From: a virus
Strand: one strand, 5' to 3'
DNA length: 64,000 nt
Virus record (IMG/VR): IMGVR_UViG_3300020202_000002
Location: 1-64,000 of that record
Shown: positions 63,563 to 64,000 of the stretch, piece by piece
Layout: every line of letters begins with the position of its first letter
Numbering within the stretch: the first letter of the stretch is position 1
The notes under the pieces: model-generated
What the model was told of the DNA's origin: nothing
What the model saw: the letters and a program-made list of their open reading frames with translations, nothing else
Database searches by the model: none
Made by a program: the position numbers and the translations under genes

Positions 63563-64000
63563 ATGTCGAACCGACTCGCGTTCACGCAATCGAATATCGC
63601 AGCAATCAAACCGCCCGAAACTGGGCGCGCGTTCGCCTACGACGCGAAGACGCCTGGACTGGCGCTCGTCACGACCAGTGGTGGCGTCAAGAGCTTCTAC
63701 TTCATCCGGTGGGTTCAGGGGCGATCGCTCAAGCTCTTTCTCGGCCACTTCCCAGCCATGACGATCTCGGCCGCACGCAAAACCGCCACATCCATGCTCG
63801 ACCAGGCGAACCGCGGGCAGGTTCCGAAGAAGATCGGGGCCGGCCAGCTGACGCTCGGCCAGCTGTGGGCCACGTTCGAGAAACACTGGATGCCCTACCT
63901 CCGCGAACGCACGCGCAAGACCGACACCGACCGCTACAACGCCTGCCTGAAGTCCTTGGAAAGAAAGAGGCTGAGCGCTATCACTCGTGAGCATGTGGTC
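63563..64000 (+). CDS. int: tyrosine integrase, 5' part (runs off window)
   Basis: translated by hand: MSNRLAFTQSNIAAIKPP...YDAKTPGLALVTTSGGVKSFYF...LGHFPAMTISAAR, an arm-DNA-binding (DUF4102-type) domain next to att. Confidence 0.85.
   Translation, partial: MSNRLAFTQSNIAAIKPPETGRAFAYDAKTPGLALVTTSGGVKSFYFIRWVQGRSLKLFLGHFPAMTISAARKTATSMLDQANRGQVPKKIGAGQLTLGQLWATFEKHWMPYLRERTRKTDTDRYNACLKSLERKRLSAITREHVV

Larger units (their letters stand above)
1..64000. mobile_element. temperate siphovirus-like phage (partial genome), probable Planctomycetota host
   Basis: complete packaging-head-tail order, no sheath gene, att and integrase, no host housekeeping genes. Confidence 0.9.

Overview
This is a 64-kb segment of a temperate, long-non-contractile-tail (sipho-type) phage. 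The host is probably a planctomycete, inferred from a Planctomycetota-type small domain at 7.8 kb and planctomycete-style cytochrome c and secreted peptides at 18.9-22.9 kb. Gene order, almost all on +: small hypothetical ORFs; ParB-DNA methyltransferase; TerS/TerL; DUF1073-type portal; sigma-70 factor; gpF; DUF2213 prohead protease, scaffold, decoration protein and encapsulin-like major capsid protein; an atypical accessory or lysis-position module (receiver protein, two CxxCH proteins, secreted peptides, Zn metallopeptidase); neck, tail tube, frameshifted tail chaperone, tape measure and Thr-Gly-rich tail-tip proteins. A ~23-kb glycan synthesis and tailoring cluster follows directly (about 8 glycosyltransferase-like genes, nucleotide-sugar enzymes, methyl-, acyl-, acetyl- and sulfo-transferases and a deacetylase, with no export or polymerase genes). 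The window ends with a divergent RHH-controlled switch, an attP-like tRNA-Arg(TCT) 3' fragment flanked by arm-type repeats, and the 5' part of a tyrosine integrase. Best candidates for novelty: (1) a phage-encoded virion glycosylation system with Thr-Gly tracts as probable acceptors; (2) Asn-specific head maturation that would release basic peptides from the protease and portal; (3) the cytochrome c/receiver/peptidase module. All family calls come from motif recognition by eye; no database search was run.
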